Source of the DNA: Auanema rhodensis
Taxonomy: Eukaryota; Animalia; Nematoda
Assembly (NCBI GenBank): GCA_964057225.1
Contig: OZ059894.1
Location: 7,688,001 to 7,752,000, forward strand
Length of the DNA stretch: 64,000 bases
Reading direction: 5' to 3'
The translations under genes and the position numbers were made by a program. The notes beneath the pieces are model-generated. The model saw only the letters and a program-made list of their open reading frames with translations. It was not told the DNA's origin and searched no databases. Shown piece by piece: positions 15,124 through 27,549 of the stretch. Numbering within the stretch: the stretch's first letter is position 1; the number at the start of each line of letters is the position of its first letter.

Positions 15124-16939
15124 TCTAAACTTAAGAAGTATTGTATAGTAACAGAGTTAAGAAAAAGAATATCATATACTCACACTATAATCTAAAGTAG
15201 ATGACAACTAGTGTTATCAGGTTTGGAGGCATAAAGAAGTAATAACAAAATATTTTTTGATGGAAGTTTGTTCTGTAAATGAACTGATTTCGATTTTTAA
15301 TAAGTTTTATCAATAAACACACAGTTCTTAATGGCTATATTTGTAATATTTTAAAGAAACGAAACGAATTAAGTGAAAAAATACTGAAAGTAAGAAGTTA
15401 TCAATTTAAAGTTGAGTTATCTCTATCAAAGGTTTCAGAATATTCATTATGAAAAGTGCATATTGTAGAAGTTTCATTTTTGTATTAAATATGAGATTCT
15501 CATGACAACCATTCTTGAAAATACTCTTCTTATTTGGTGAATGATGAGTATAAATCCATTTTTTTAAGTTTGATATCCAATTTTATTTATTATATACTTT
15601 ACTCATATAGTATAATTGATTAGTCTTGGTTTACTATCCAGTGTTTTAATGGGAAAATCTAACATGGTTTAGTCAATTCTATATTGTTGGATGTATTAAG
15701 TTGTTCAGTGTACGAGAATCGAGACGAAAATTTCAATTTTTCAAACTATGCATATGTGGCATCTGGAAGAATTCATTTTCTTCATGACATGCTGCTGTAT
15801 GACATTCAGTCTTTGCTCACATGACAAGTACCACAAGTCAACCAATAGTTCAGTCTCGATGATATTCATCTTATTCGTCTTACATCTCTTTTAAATTGAC
15901 TTAACAAGGCTGCTACAATGTAATTGATTCTGATTTGAATATGCTTTTTCTTTGAAAATATGAAATTGACGTCGCATTTGGAGGGATGTAAGAAAGTAAC
16001 AATGTAATTGATTCTTTTCCCTTATTTAGTAAAAGGGGTTTACTATATTCTCATTACTTGCACCATATGAATAAAAACTTCAAACTGTTACTAGTTGAAA
16101 GTTTTTTATAAATGGTATTACAAAGTAATGTTTAATTTTTTGTATTGCTTGAACAATAATATTATTCCAAGTTTATGCATTAACTTTTTGACAGAAGAGA
16201 AAGTTTAAACAAAAAAAGGCATGTGTACACGCATGAATATGTTTGGAGGTTTTCTTAAGTCATTCTGTATGTTTCATGTTTTTTTCACGAAAAATCTCTT
16301 CGAAGTACACGGTAGAAACAACCGATCGCTACGCCTTTTAACAATGAAATGAAAAATTTAGCTTGCGCGGCTAGTATTCTAACTTTTTTTGTTTTCAATT
16401 TGTTCATACACCACAACAATTACTTATATATTATAATTTTATTATCAATTATATTTTTTCGTTGATTTAATTTGGTTTTCAATTTTTTTAGCCACATTGC
16501 ATAAAAACCCAGCAAAATTCGTTGTTTTTTGCGTTATCCCCTTTCTTTAGTTTCCTTTCTTTAAAATAAGCATAATTTACTTGTAGTTTATAATTGCTTT
16601 ATATTATATAAATATGTTTTTCTATTTTTGTGATGAAGCTGTATAGGCTACCGCAGCCAACGATAGGAAGTCATGATTGGCTTCTACGGGATTGCCATTA
16701 TGTCAGTGGAACGGCTAACGGATTTACTACGACGGGACCTAACATCTGACGGCAGCAACTCTTTCTATTTGCCTACATTAGCATATTCTAATGAGTGCAC
16801 AAGCACGATTTATCCATTTCTATTTCTCTGTCGGCCATTCTTCTCTTTAGTCTCCCTCTCTTACATAATTCTCTCAAAATCTCTCATACCTTTTGCCTTG
16901 ATTACCAGCCTTCACTTCCTCATCCTGTTAGCACAACAC

Positions 16940-17030
16940 TCTCTATTTCTCTCTCTATCTCTCTCTCTCCCTCTCTCTTTCTCTTGGTCTCTTTCTCTTT
17001 CTCTCTCACCCAATTTCTCTCTCTTTCTCA
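16940..17030. repeat. (CT)n-rich polypyrimidine tract; similar CT/GA tracts at about 6530-6570 and 18555-18630
   Basis: Direct observation; explains the spurious Leu/Ser-rich ORFs here. Confidence 0.85.
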
Positions 17031-20000
17031 ATCTATCGTCTATATATATCTCTTCATGTTCAACCGAATTCCAGCATTTTCCTTCACACATTCTATCCGT
17101 TTTATGCTTCGCACTGCTACGGCCTTGATACAAAAATCACAATTGTATAATCTGAATAGTCTGTCTACCGTCCTAGTTAAAGATGCTCCGAAAGTTTTTT
17201 TGCCTCTTTCAATTTTTAGATCACACAAATCCCGGACAAAAACAATGTGAAAACATCGTCAATTCCATTTAATTTCTATTCCCACATTTTCAACACTTAT
17301 ATAATAGCGCAATACATTCAACTGACTTAAGTATCTTCAATTATGAAGAGTATTCGTCTAGAATAATCGAATATAAAAATACCTCAGCTAACCTTAATAT
17401 TAATAATATTTTTATTCTTTTGTTAATGAAAATCAATAACACTTAAAAAACTTAACTTTTTAGTGTTTAACTTCTGGTTATAGATCTGAAGTTATTAAAT
17501 TCTCCTCACCCATCATTATAATAATCAGCTCACTCTTGGAATACTATGTTGCATCATTGAATTTATACGTTTATGAATTGTTTCCGGTTATATATGGCCT
17601 GCTTTTGATCTATAAGACTATTCATCCAGAAAAAGTGAAGTTTCGATGAGAAAATAGACAGTGATCTTTTTCACTTATGCTTTTGAAATATTTTATTCCC
17701 TCATTCTCTAGCTAATGCCCTATTTAATACGATTGATCTGTGTTTTGGTAATATAGCCATTAGAATCAAATCGTTTCAATTCGTCTTTTGTTAGTCTATT
17801 CTGTAACAATATGCTTTTTTCTCCCTTTTTTCATATTTTCCTTTCATTGTACGTATGAGCGCCCACAACAACGACCACGACACCGACACTATATTCAACT
17901 GAAATATCTCGCTCTTTTCTTCATGTTTTTTGATCCTGAAATATCATCCCATTCTTAAAGTATGATTTTCATAACCGCATTATTCTGCTAGCATTGCTTG
18001 TTTTCTTAAATGTTTTTATGAAGCTTAGATCCTTAAATGTAAGTAAGTGGATACTACTAATCCCATTGTACTAGTCGTACTCTCATCAATTCATCCGTCT
18101 CCCCCTCCCTCACATTCTTTCCATCAACGCCTAATTGCTACCTTCTGAGTCGATTCCCCCTTGAATACTATTCAAGCAGCATATACGTAATGTATACAAG
18201 TCTAAACACCTTTATATATGATATTTATGAATTGAATTAAGCATCTATAAACTTTCTTTGGTATTTCTATGATCTTTGATATTATTTCTAGTCGAAATAT
18301 CATGCTTTGTCTTTTATTAACGTTTTATGAAATGTCTTTATTGTCTGAATTCTCTTATTTGTGTTCATAAATGTTTTTTTTTGTTATAATAATTCATTAT
18401 ATCCGCATAACCCTAAACTATCTATATCATTACTATCAGATCTTCTTCTGTATCATATATCCTTTTGTATCTAATTGACTCTTCATCATCTTCAGAAAGA
18501 GCCGATGAGTGTTCTGATCTTACTCCCACACACGTACACACATATACACACAATTCTCTCTCTCTCTTTCTCTTTCTCTTCCTCTCTTTCTTTATTTCAC
18601 CCTCATACACAATCTTTCTGTTTCTCTCTTTGTATCCATATGGAAACGATATCATTTAATCGATTACATGTAATGTTTGCCTATAGCACATCACAAGCAA
18701 AAAGAGCAATATTTTCATTCCATCTACCTGCTTTCTTTATCGATTTCAATCAATTTACTCAATTTATACTGAGAATAACTTTTCACCCTCGCAACGTTTT
18801 CAAAATAATACTTTTATCTTTCGATATAACAAAGTAAGCACACAATCTCCAATAATCAATGATGGTTGTGACTCATGTCCGAGTTTTTCTCTCATACTTC
18901 ATCTCCCGATAATTTGATGAGGTTTCCATCTCAACTGTTTCGCATGTGGCTAGCCTTCTCTTGCCTTCCGGTTTACACGCCGTTGTTTTACTCTTTCTCG
19001 CTTTTTTAAGGTCATTTTCCACAATGAGCTTCGAACCACAAGTGTTCAAACTTTATTCCAACTTTTCTATTCTTTTAGTTTATTATAAGTTTTCACAATA
19101 TTACTATGTATCTGAATACTTCACTCAAAATATGTGAGACATCACTGGTAAACATTAATCATTTCTATTATCAAGCCTTATTGTTGTCCAAATATGATAA
19201 TAAGACCAATAACGTGGTAGAGAACTTTCTCCCAATTTCATTGTTGTCTAAATACAAAATACGATGAGTAGCAACTATTGGAAAAAGCCTTATCTGAATC
19301 CAGTTTACATTATATTTGCATTAGTCATATGGACACAGTCGGCATAGCCGTGAATCATGCCACGAGCAAGTCCCTTTGCTTCATAAGCATCATCCGTCCA
19401 TCAACATCTTCGTCAACTCAGTTTCATTTCACGCATTTAGTTATAATTCTCTAAAGCTTAAATATTAGTTCGATAGCTTAACCTGTTGTCCTGACTTCAA
19501 ACGTGCCATGTAGAAGCAAGAGATTTTGTTTACTTCCAGCTTGCAAGAATGTTTTTTCCATATTTTGAACTATCTCACTAATTCTGACCAGCCAATGATC
19601 AAATCCAAATAAAGCTTTAAATTTAAATATAAGATCGTCTAAGGGTATCCACATGTTCGTATACTTGTGTTATTTTTTTAGCGAAATGTCAACAAAGAGG
19701 TGAGAATTCTTCAGTTTTTAAATGCTGTAGCTTTCTAGTAGTGTATAAATCTTGAAAATGCCTAAACAACTGATAATGTCTTACTTATATTATTATTCAT
19801 TGAAGTTTATTATAATTTTATTAGTTTCTTGACTATTTTCATACATTTAATGTTTTACTTTTTTCTATTTCATAAACTTCTTTGCTCTGTATTTGTTTAC
19901 TTTCTCTCAGGAAGACCGGATATTCCGGTTCATCTTTTGTACGTGAAGCTTGCTGATATACTGTTCCGCCTCTTCAGCTCTTCCTTCTCTAAGAAAATTT

Positions 20001-20222
20001 CCAACAAACTCTAAAGTTTTGTTTTAATACTCTTCTTTGTTTCGTATATACTGTCTTCGAATAAAGGCAATATTTCTAGTATTCACAAGCTTTTTATCTT
20101 TTGAAGTTCAGTCCTGGATTCAAAATGCTTAATATTTTTTTTTTCGTGCTCAGTGTTCTAAATATTATTTTTTAAAAAAAACTCCTTGAAATATGATTTG
20201 CAATTTCTTTTCAGCATCTGCT

Positions 20223-20430
20223 ATGTGGTCAGCATGGTTAATTGTGATTTATACTATAACTTGCCTACTTGTGCTAATTATCTTAGCCGTAGCCGCCTGG
20301 TTCGTCAGAGTTGACATTCGAAGGACAAAAGTTATCAATGGTACGTTTGCATATATTATTTTTATACATAGTGGTGGAAATTCTTATTTTAGAAATGGTA
20401 GTGAACCATAAGCAAGCTACTCAAGTTTAA
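20223..20430 (+). CDS. 51-aa single-pass membrane micropeptide MWSAWLIVIYTITCLLVLIILAVAAWFVRVDIRRTKVINEMVVNHKQATQV
   Basis: TTTTCAG acceptor 8 nt before the ATG; exon 20223-20340, intron GTACGT..TTTTAG (20341-20392), exon 20393-20430; ~23-aa hydrophobic helix followed by basic residues; AATAAA at 20745-20750. Confidence 0.7.
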
Positions 20431-21898
20431 AACTTAAAACTGATTTCTCTAATAGTCTAGTCTGTGATTTTTCAAATTCTCACGCCGTGTATGCTCTGCT
20501 GCAGAACGTCATCATCATCAGTTATATTTCAAATTTTCATACTAATTAACTCACAGTCTAGTATATATTCATCTAATTCAGTTTCTGTGATATTCGGTAT
20601 TCTTGTTATTTGATTATACATATTATAAGTGTTTCTACTTAATCCACAAAAAACTTTGTTACCAGAAGTCTTGCTTGTTGTCTATATTGCCTTGTACATT
20701 TCAAAAATGTGTTTATGTTTTTCTGTTTAAATAGAGTAAATTCAAATAAAACTTTTAGAATATTTATATTTTGGTTTACTTTCACATGATATAGGGAGCT
20801 AATGAGTTAGATGGACTCTTCTTATCAAATGCTAGATAAAAGGCCTTACGATTAATGAAACGATAGTGTAAGGATTTTCGTATTTTATACGAATTTTATA
20901 AATTATACTTTGTCAACATCGATGTTATCCAGACTCATTATACATTGGGAAGATGTTTTCTTTTTTGTTTGATTAGTCAAATTTCATTAATTAAATATCC
21001 TAAAATCTGTATAATAACCAGCTTGGCTTTGCGAATTGGACGTATTGAAGAAGTATATGTGCAAAGCTGGCAGCAATGCCATATCGATCTTAAGTATTGA
21101 AGTTACTCAGTCATGTATATTACTACTTCATATTCACCTATATGCTTTCAAACAAATAATATTTCTATGGATTTATTCCTTTAATATGTATTTATATAAG
21201 AATGTTATTTTAAATTCAGTGAATAATACAATGATTAATGTTTTTTTAATTGTTTCAAACACTCAATCTTATTTTGATTATTGAGCGATCCACAAAGGCA
21301 TCAGTTTCTATGATATGTATATTCAGCATAAACATAGCATATTCAGGCTACTCTTTCCTAGATTTTTTTGGCTTTGCAGAGGTTTAGCTAACCAATTTTC
21401 AATATACTATTCAACGAAATATCCATCATAACTATTATATGTTCCTTATCAGTTAAAAGCAAAAAAATGAGAAAAAAAAGTCTCTTTTTAGTAGTCATTT
21501 GTAGTTATTGTGTGATATCTTTGATTTTTGGATAGTTTCTTTTAGTTTCCATTATTGAGACCAATTTTGTAATTTTATTTGGTCTGCGTGAACGTTGAGA
21601 TTATTTTTTATAGTTTTCTATTTATTTTTTAAACTGAATTTCCTGCTTACTATTTGTCAAATAAGACAATATCAAAATCAAACATTCCTTGCATAGACTT
21701 CTTTTCTTTTTTTTGAACCAAAAAATGTTTGTGGCCTTTACACTTGATCTAATCTAATCATACCAATAAAGTGCAAGCCTTCTTTGTTTGATAATAAAGA
21801 GTTAGTAGCTCTAGCGTCTTCTTGTGCGATTAGTCTGCTTAAGCACCTACTTTCTCTCTCAATACGATCCTTGTATTCATTTTCCAGTTAAGGTAACT

Positions 21899-23959
21899 AT
21901 GACAGATAGACTCGTCAAAGAATATTCAATCACTAAAGAATGGGTGGAGAAAAGCCTTCAGCAATATCACCAAACCAAATCTCTTCCAACTATTTCCGAG
22001 GTTTGATACCAAGTTTTTTTTGAGGTTATCATATTTGGCATTCAGATTCATGTACTAGGTGATAGTGTGTTAGGCTACATGTCAGCCATAGTACGAGTTC
22101 ATATCAAATGGGCGCCAGAAGAGTCGGCAACTTTACCTCCAACAGTCATAGCCAAGGTATATTTATTTGTTTATAAATCTGTGAAACAATGGGTAGAATA
22201 TAACATTTAAATCGTATAGTATTACAAGCATTTTGAAACAAATGGTTTTAATAAGTAAAACCTTTAATTATAAAAGCAACAAATCTTTAATTATTACATG
22301 ATATTTGCAGTTTAATTTTGATTTCATGACCTCAAAAGCTCAAGAATTATGTTTTTTTGTATATTATTGTTTTTATCAAGCTAGTTTGTTGAGTACAGCG
22401 AAATAGAATTTGATAAGATTTGGTCATAAACTATTAAGTTGATAAGAATACTTCTGATTTTTTAGATATTTATATCAGCTTAAAACTTTTTTTTTTCATA
22501 ATTTCATGCATTCAAAACTCTTATCTTCAGATTCCAAGCCCACATAAGGCAGAAGAAGCTTGGAAGAAATGTGGGCACAAAGAGGAGAATGAAGAAGGAA
22601 AGTTTGAAGAAGATCCTATTCATGAATTTATGCACGAAAATGAAGTGAAATCTTATACAATATTTCAAGAAAGTAAGCTCTATTTTAAAATTCGATTGAT
22701 TTTAGTGATTACGGTAGATTTGATAATGATCCCAGTTCTAAGAGGCCCTTTATCTAATTAGCATATTTCATTTATGATTTTTATTTTTAAAGCTATTTGT
22801 GTGTAGATCGGTTGCATTTTCTTACCTTTCTTCTTTCAACTAATTTTTCTTATTTCCAGCTACGCATTCTATGAAAATTCCAAAGCTTTATGGATACCAA
22901 TCTTATGCAAGTGGATCACCTGTACTTCTTCTTGAAGATATCGCTGATTCCATTACTGTGGACTTAGTTGAAGGATTCAACGAGCAACAAGTATATTATT
23001 TTTTTCAATTGCGATTCATATTCATTTCTAATTTCTAGGTTTATGCTATCATGGATGAACAAATTGCTTTGCACAAATGGTCAAAAACCACTGATAAATG
23101 GAGAGATTTATTCAAAACGAACGATGTGAGAAATTTTACCATTATCTGTAGTATTTTTCAAATACCTTTTAGAATGATTCTGAATACAATGCGGTATTCT
23201 GTAAAACTATATTGGTCATGCATCAACAGTTAAAACAAGAACATCCTGAGCTAACCGACTGTTTAGATATATTAGTTAGAAATTATATGCATGATATAAA
23301 TTGGTTCTCTGCATCACTCAAAGAGGCACAAGAAGGTTAGAAAATTCATTATTTTCTTTTTTCATTATAAAATTTTTCGAATATTTGAAATGATATATAT
23401 ATATATATATATATGTATGTATTAGAATAAAGTTGAATTACTTTAGACCCTCAGTCCGTATTCAACCATGGTGATCTCTGGGCCCCACAGATCTTATGGC
23501 AAGGTAACACTATCACTGGAATTGTTGATTGGGCTTTGTGTCATGCTGGTAGTTGGGTACAAACTATAGCTTCACACATATTTTAAATTAAAGTGAATTA
23601 CTTCTAGACAGGGGATATTTTGAGAATCCTCTCAACTTGCTGTACGTCAGAAATGCGTAGAAAACTGGAAAAACCATTGCTAGCGTATTATGCTGAAAAA
23701 ATGAATTTGTCTTTTGACGATGTACTTGTAAGAAGATTTTTATAAAATTTCTTCATTAACTTTAAATATTTTCTTCCAGAAAAACTATTATAAAACTTTG
23801 CCACAAGTATGCGCTATGACAACGTTTGCTGTAGCCATGTGGGCCAACTCCCCCGTTCTTAGAAGGGGAAAGCCAGATGATGAAGCTAGAGTTAAAGAAA
23901 TGAACAAGAGATTGAAAGATGTAATAGAAGACACTGCCAAATACTTTAACTGGATTTAA
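21899..23959 (+). CDS. Choline/ecdysteroid-kinase-like (CHK / DUF1679-type) small-molecule phosphotransferase, copy 1
   Basis: LGYMSAIVRV (P-loop-like), TVIAKIP, HENEVKSY, PVLLLEDI, catalytic VFNHGDLWAPQILW, IVDWALCHAG, GDILRIL; GT-AG introns; ends YFNWI*. Confidence 0.88.
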
Positions 23960-24734
23960 ATTGTGAATTTAACTGTGATACAAACATAGAAGGTGTAAAA
24001 AGGTTTTTTCATTTTAATATTAGAAATGTAATTTTATTGAGGAATAAATTTATATCTAATTAGTTGAATAATACAATTCCTAGGTGTTCCCTTCCCCTCC
24101 CTTGAAAAATAATATCAGCTGTCATTGTTAAAACCTAATAATAAACAGTGGAATTTTGAAAGCGAGATATTTTGTATCATTTTATATATAAGAAATATAT
24201 TATCATACCCGTTTTGAGGTTTAAACCAACTCATAGTGTTTCTCGTTCTATATTTGTCAGGCTTCAAAGAACTGTTAGCATTTTGATATTTGGTATAGGC
24301 GGGCGGTGTAAAGGGCGAATGTCAAACTATTGCATAAATACCATCAGTTGTTATTATTTTATCAAAGGTTTTATTATATAAAATTTTTTAAACTACATTT
24401 ACTGATATCTTTTCAAATATTCCGAAATAATGTTTTACTTTTTGTATGATGGCAATTTTATCCATTTTTGTGTGACTTTATATTAATCTTGTTTTGTACA
24501 TAAATATGTCCGTTGGACGGTGCAACGTAGAGGTGACTAATACAAATTTAACGTATTAGTTGATTTGATAATCCTCTTTATTTTTACTTTATATATAAAT
24601 TTTGGTCGTTCCATAACAATCGTTCTCATTTATCAGATGTGCCTTTGAGAAATAACCTCAACACATAATTTTATACTTATCATCACATATCTCTCCAATA
24701 CGATCCTTGCATTCATTTTCCAGTTAAGGTAACT

Positions 24735-26764
24735 ATGACAGATAGACTCGTCAAAGAATATTCAATCACTAAAGAATGGGTGGAGAAAAGCCTTCAGCAA
24801 TATCACCAAACCAAATCTCTTCCAACTATTTCCGAGGTTTGATACCAAGTTTTTTTTGAGGTTATCATATTTGGCATTCAGATTCATGTACTAGGTGATA
24901 GTGTGTTAGGCTACATGTCAGCCATAGTACGAGTTCATATCAAATGGGCGCCAGAAGAGTCGGCAACTTTACCTCCAACAGTCATAGCCAAGGTATATTT
25001 ATTTGTTTATAAATCTGTGAAACAATGGGTAGAATATAACATTTAAATCGTATAGTATTACAAGCATTTTGAAACAAATGGTTTTAATAAGTAAAACCTT
25101 TAATTATAAAAGCAACAAATCTTTAATTATTACATGATATTTGCAGTTTAATTTTGATTTCATGACCTCAAAAGCTCAAGAATTATGTTTTTTTGTATAT
25201 TATTGTTTTTATCAAGCTAGTTTGTTGAGTACAGCGAAATAGAATTTGATAAGATTTGGTCATAAACTATTAAGTTGATAAGAATACTTCTGATTTTTTA
25301 GATATTTATATCAGCTTAAAACTTTTTTTTTTCATAATTTCATGCATTCAAAAGTCATATGTTCAGATTCCGAACCCACATACGGCAGAAGAAGCTTGGA
25401 AGAAATTTGAACATGAGGAAGAAAACCTAGAAGGAAAATTTGAAGAAAATCAAATAAATAAACTTATGCACGAAAATGAAGTGAAATCTTATACAATATT
25501 TCAAGAAAGTAAGCTCTATTTTAAAATTCGATTGATTTTAGTGATTACGGTAGATTTGATAATGATCCCAGTTCTAAGAGGCCCTTTATCTAATTAGCAT
25601 ATTTCATTTATGATTTTTATTTTTAAAGCTATTTGTGTGTTGATCGGTTGCATTTTCTTACCTTTCTTCTTTCAACTAATTTTTCTTATTTCCAGCTACG
25701 CATTCTATGAAAATTCCAAAGCTTTATGGATACCAATCTTATGCAAGTGGATCACCTGTACTTCTTCTTGAAGATATCGCTGATTCCATTACTGTGGACT
25801 TAGTTGAAGGATTCAACGAGCAACAAGTATATTATTTTTTTCAATTGCGATTCATATTCATTTCTAATTTCTAGGTTTATGCTATCATGGATGAACAAAT
25901 TGCTTTGCACAAATGGTCAAAAACCACTGATAAATGGAGAGATTTATTCAAAACGAACGATGTGAGAAATGTTATTGTATTTTATCATATTTATTCCTTT
26001 TAAGAATATGTGTGAACTGAATCAACAGTTCTGTAAAACTATATTGGTCATGCATCAACAGTTAAAACAAGAACATCCTGAGCTAACCGACTGTTTAGAT
26101 ATATTAGTTAGAAATTATATGCATGATATAAATTGGTTCTCTGCATCACTCAAAGAGGCACAAGAAGGTTAGAAAATTCATTATTTTCTTTTTTCATTAT
26201 AAAATTTTTCGAATATTTGAAATGTATTAGAATAAAGTTGAATTACTTTAGACCCTCAGTCCGTATTCAACCATGGTGATCTCTGGGCCCCACAGATCTT
26301 ATGGCAAGGTAACACTATCACTGGAATTGTTGATTGGGCTTTGTGTCATGCTGGTAATTGGGTACAAACTATAGCTTCACACATATTTTAAATTAAAGTG
26401 AATTACTTCTAGACAGGGGATATTTTGAGAATCCTCTCAACTTGCTGTACGTCAGAAATGCGTAGAAAACTGGAAAAACCATTGCTAGCGTATTATGCTG
26501 AAAAAATGAATTTGTCTTTTGAAGATGTACTTGTAAGAAGATTTTTATAAAATTTCTTCATTAACTTTAAATATTTTCTTCCAGAAAAACTATTATAAAA
26601 CTTTGCCACAAGTATGCGCTATGACAACGTTCGCTGTAGCCATGTGGGCCAACTCCCCCGTTCTTAGAAGGGGAAAGCCAGATGATGAAGCTAGAGTTAA
26701 AGAAATGAACAAGAGATTGAAAGATGTAATAGAAGACACTGCCAAATACTTTAACTGGATTTAA
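24735..26764 (+). CDS. CHK / DUF1679-type small-molecule phosphotransferase, copy 2 (tandem duplicate)
   Basis: Same exon structure and motifs as copy 1, intact frame, TAA at 26762-26764. Confidence 0.88.
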
Positions 26765-27244
26765 ATTGTGAATTTAACTGTGATACAAACATAGAAGGTG
26801 TAAAAAGGTTTTTTCATTTTAATATTAGAAATGTAATTTTATTGATGAATAAATTTATATCTAATTAGTTGAATAATACAATTCCTAGGTGTTCCCCTAC
26901 CCCATTAATAACAGCAGATTTCACTAAATCCGTTGGAAATCAATGAAAAATCTAAGAGAATAATTTCTCGATATCTTTTTTACACTACCTTGGAGCACAA
27001 AAATATTTAAAAATTTGATATTTTCATGTTTACATATACTTCATCCTGCTATTTTAATACTGAAACCCTCTGATCAAAGTTGAAAAAGACACTGCAAACG
27101 AAAAAAAACCCTTAATGACGTAGTTGCAATATTCAATTTTGGAACGAACGAAAATTGTGGGTTACGGCACGAACACTCTGTATAGCAATTGTACTGTTCA
27201 ACTAGAGTAATCTTCATGTTATATGACAGACATTTATTTGTCTG

Positions 27245-27497
27245 CCAAGCCCCGCCCACCTGCGAATCAAACAAAACCGCCTAGCGCACGCAGTGACGTC
27301 ACTCCCTCGTTGCGTATATATACTCAGTTTGTCGCCATTTCTTCGTCGTGTGGGTGAGTGTATCTTTATAGTTTTTGGGTAGCTGCTTGATATGTATCTG
27401 AAGAAATTAATAATTAAATCAAACAAATGAAATTTTAAATGGAGGTTAAAATGAATGCTTGTTAAAAAACGAGAAAACATGTTATCTTCTTTCTAGA
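27245..27497 (+). promoter_or_regulatory. Promoter and probable non-coding first exon/5'UTR intron of the TFIIA gene
   Basis: GC box GCCCCGCCC, perfect palindrome AGTGACGTCACT (CRE core TGACGTCA 27294-27301), TATATATA, TCAGTT initiator-like sequence, then GTGAGT donor (27354) and TTCTAG acceptor (27497) upstream of the ATG. Confidence 0.5.
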
Positions 27498-27549
27498 CTG
27501 AAAAATCGCTAACTGCCGCCTCCTGATTCTCGCTTAGCATCATTTAAAA

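Larger units (their letters stand above)
21856..26897 (+). repeat. Direct tandem duplication of a ~2.2-kb unit (about 21856-24093 and 24691-26897) separated by ~600 bp of unique sequence
   Basis: Exons, introns and 3' flank are nearly base-identical apart from two divergent islands, a few SNPs and a (TA)n insertion in copy 1 (about 23393-23418). Confidence 0.95.

Noticed and set aside
16673-17250. Two 151-aa ORFs
   Set aside because: Leu/Ser/Phe-rich by-products of the (CT)n tract; no domain or splice structure.
18160-18176. Short palindromes and hairpins (CTTGAATACTATTCAAG; also about 16073-16107, 19915-19929 and 58825-58860)
   Set aside because: Too short or AT-rich to distinguish from chance; no terminal-repeat/target-duplication pairs or miRNA-length stems, so no MITE or miRNA was called.
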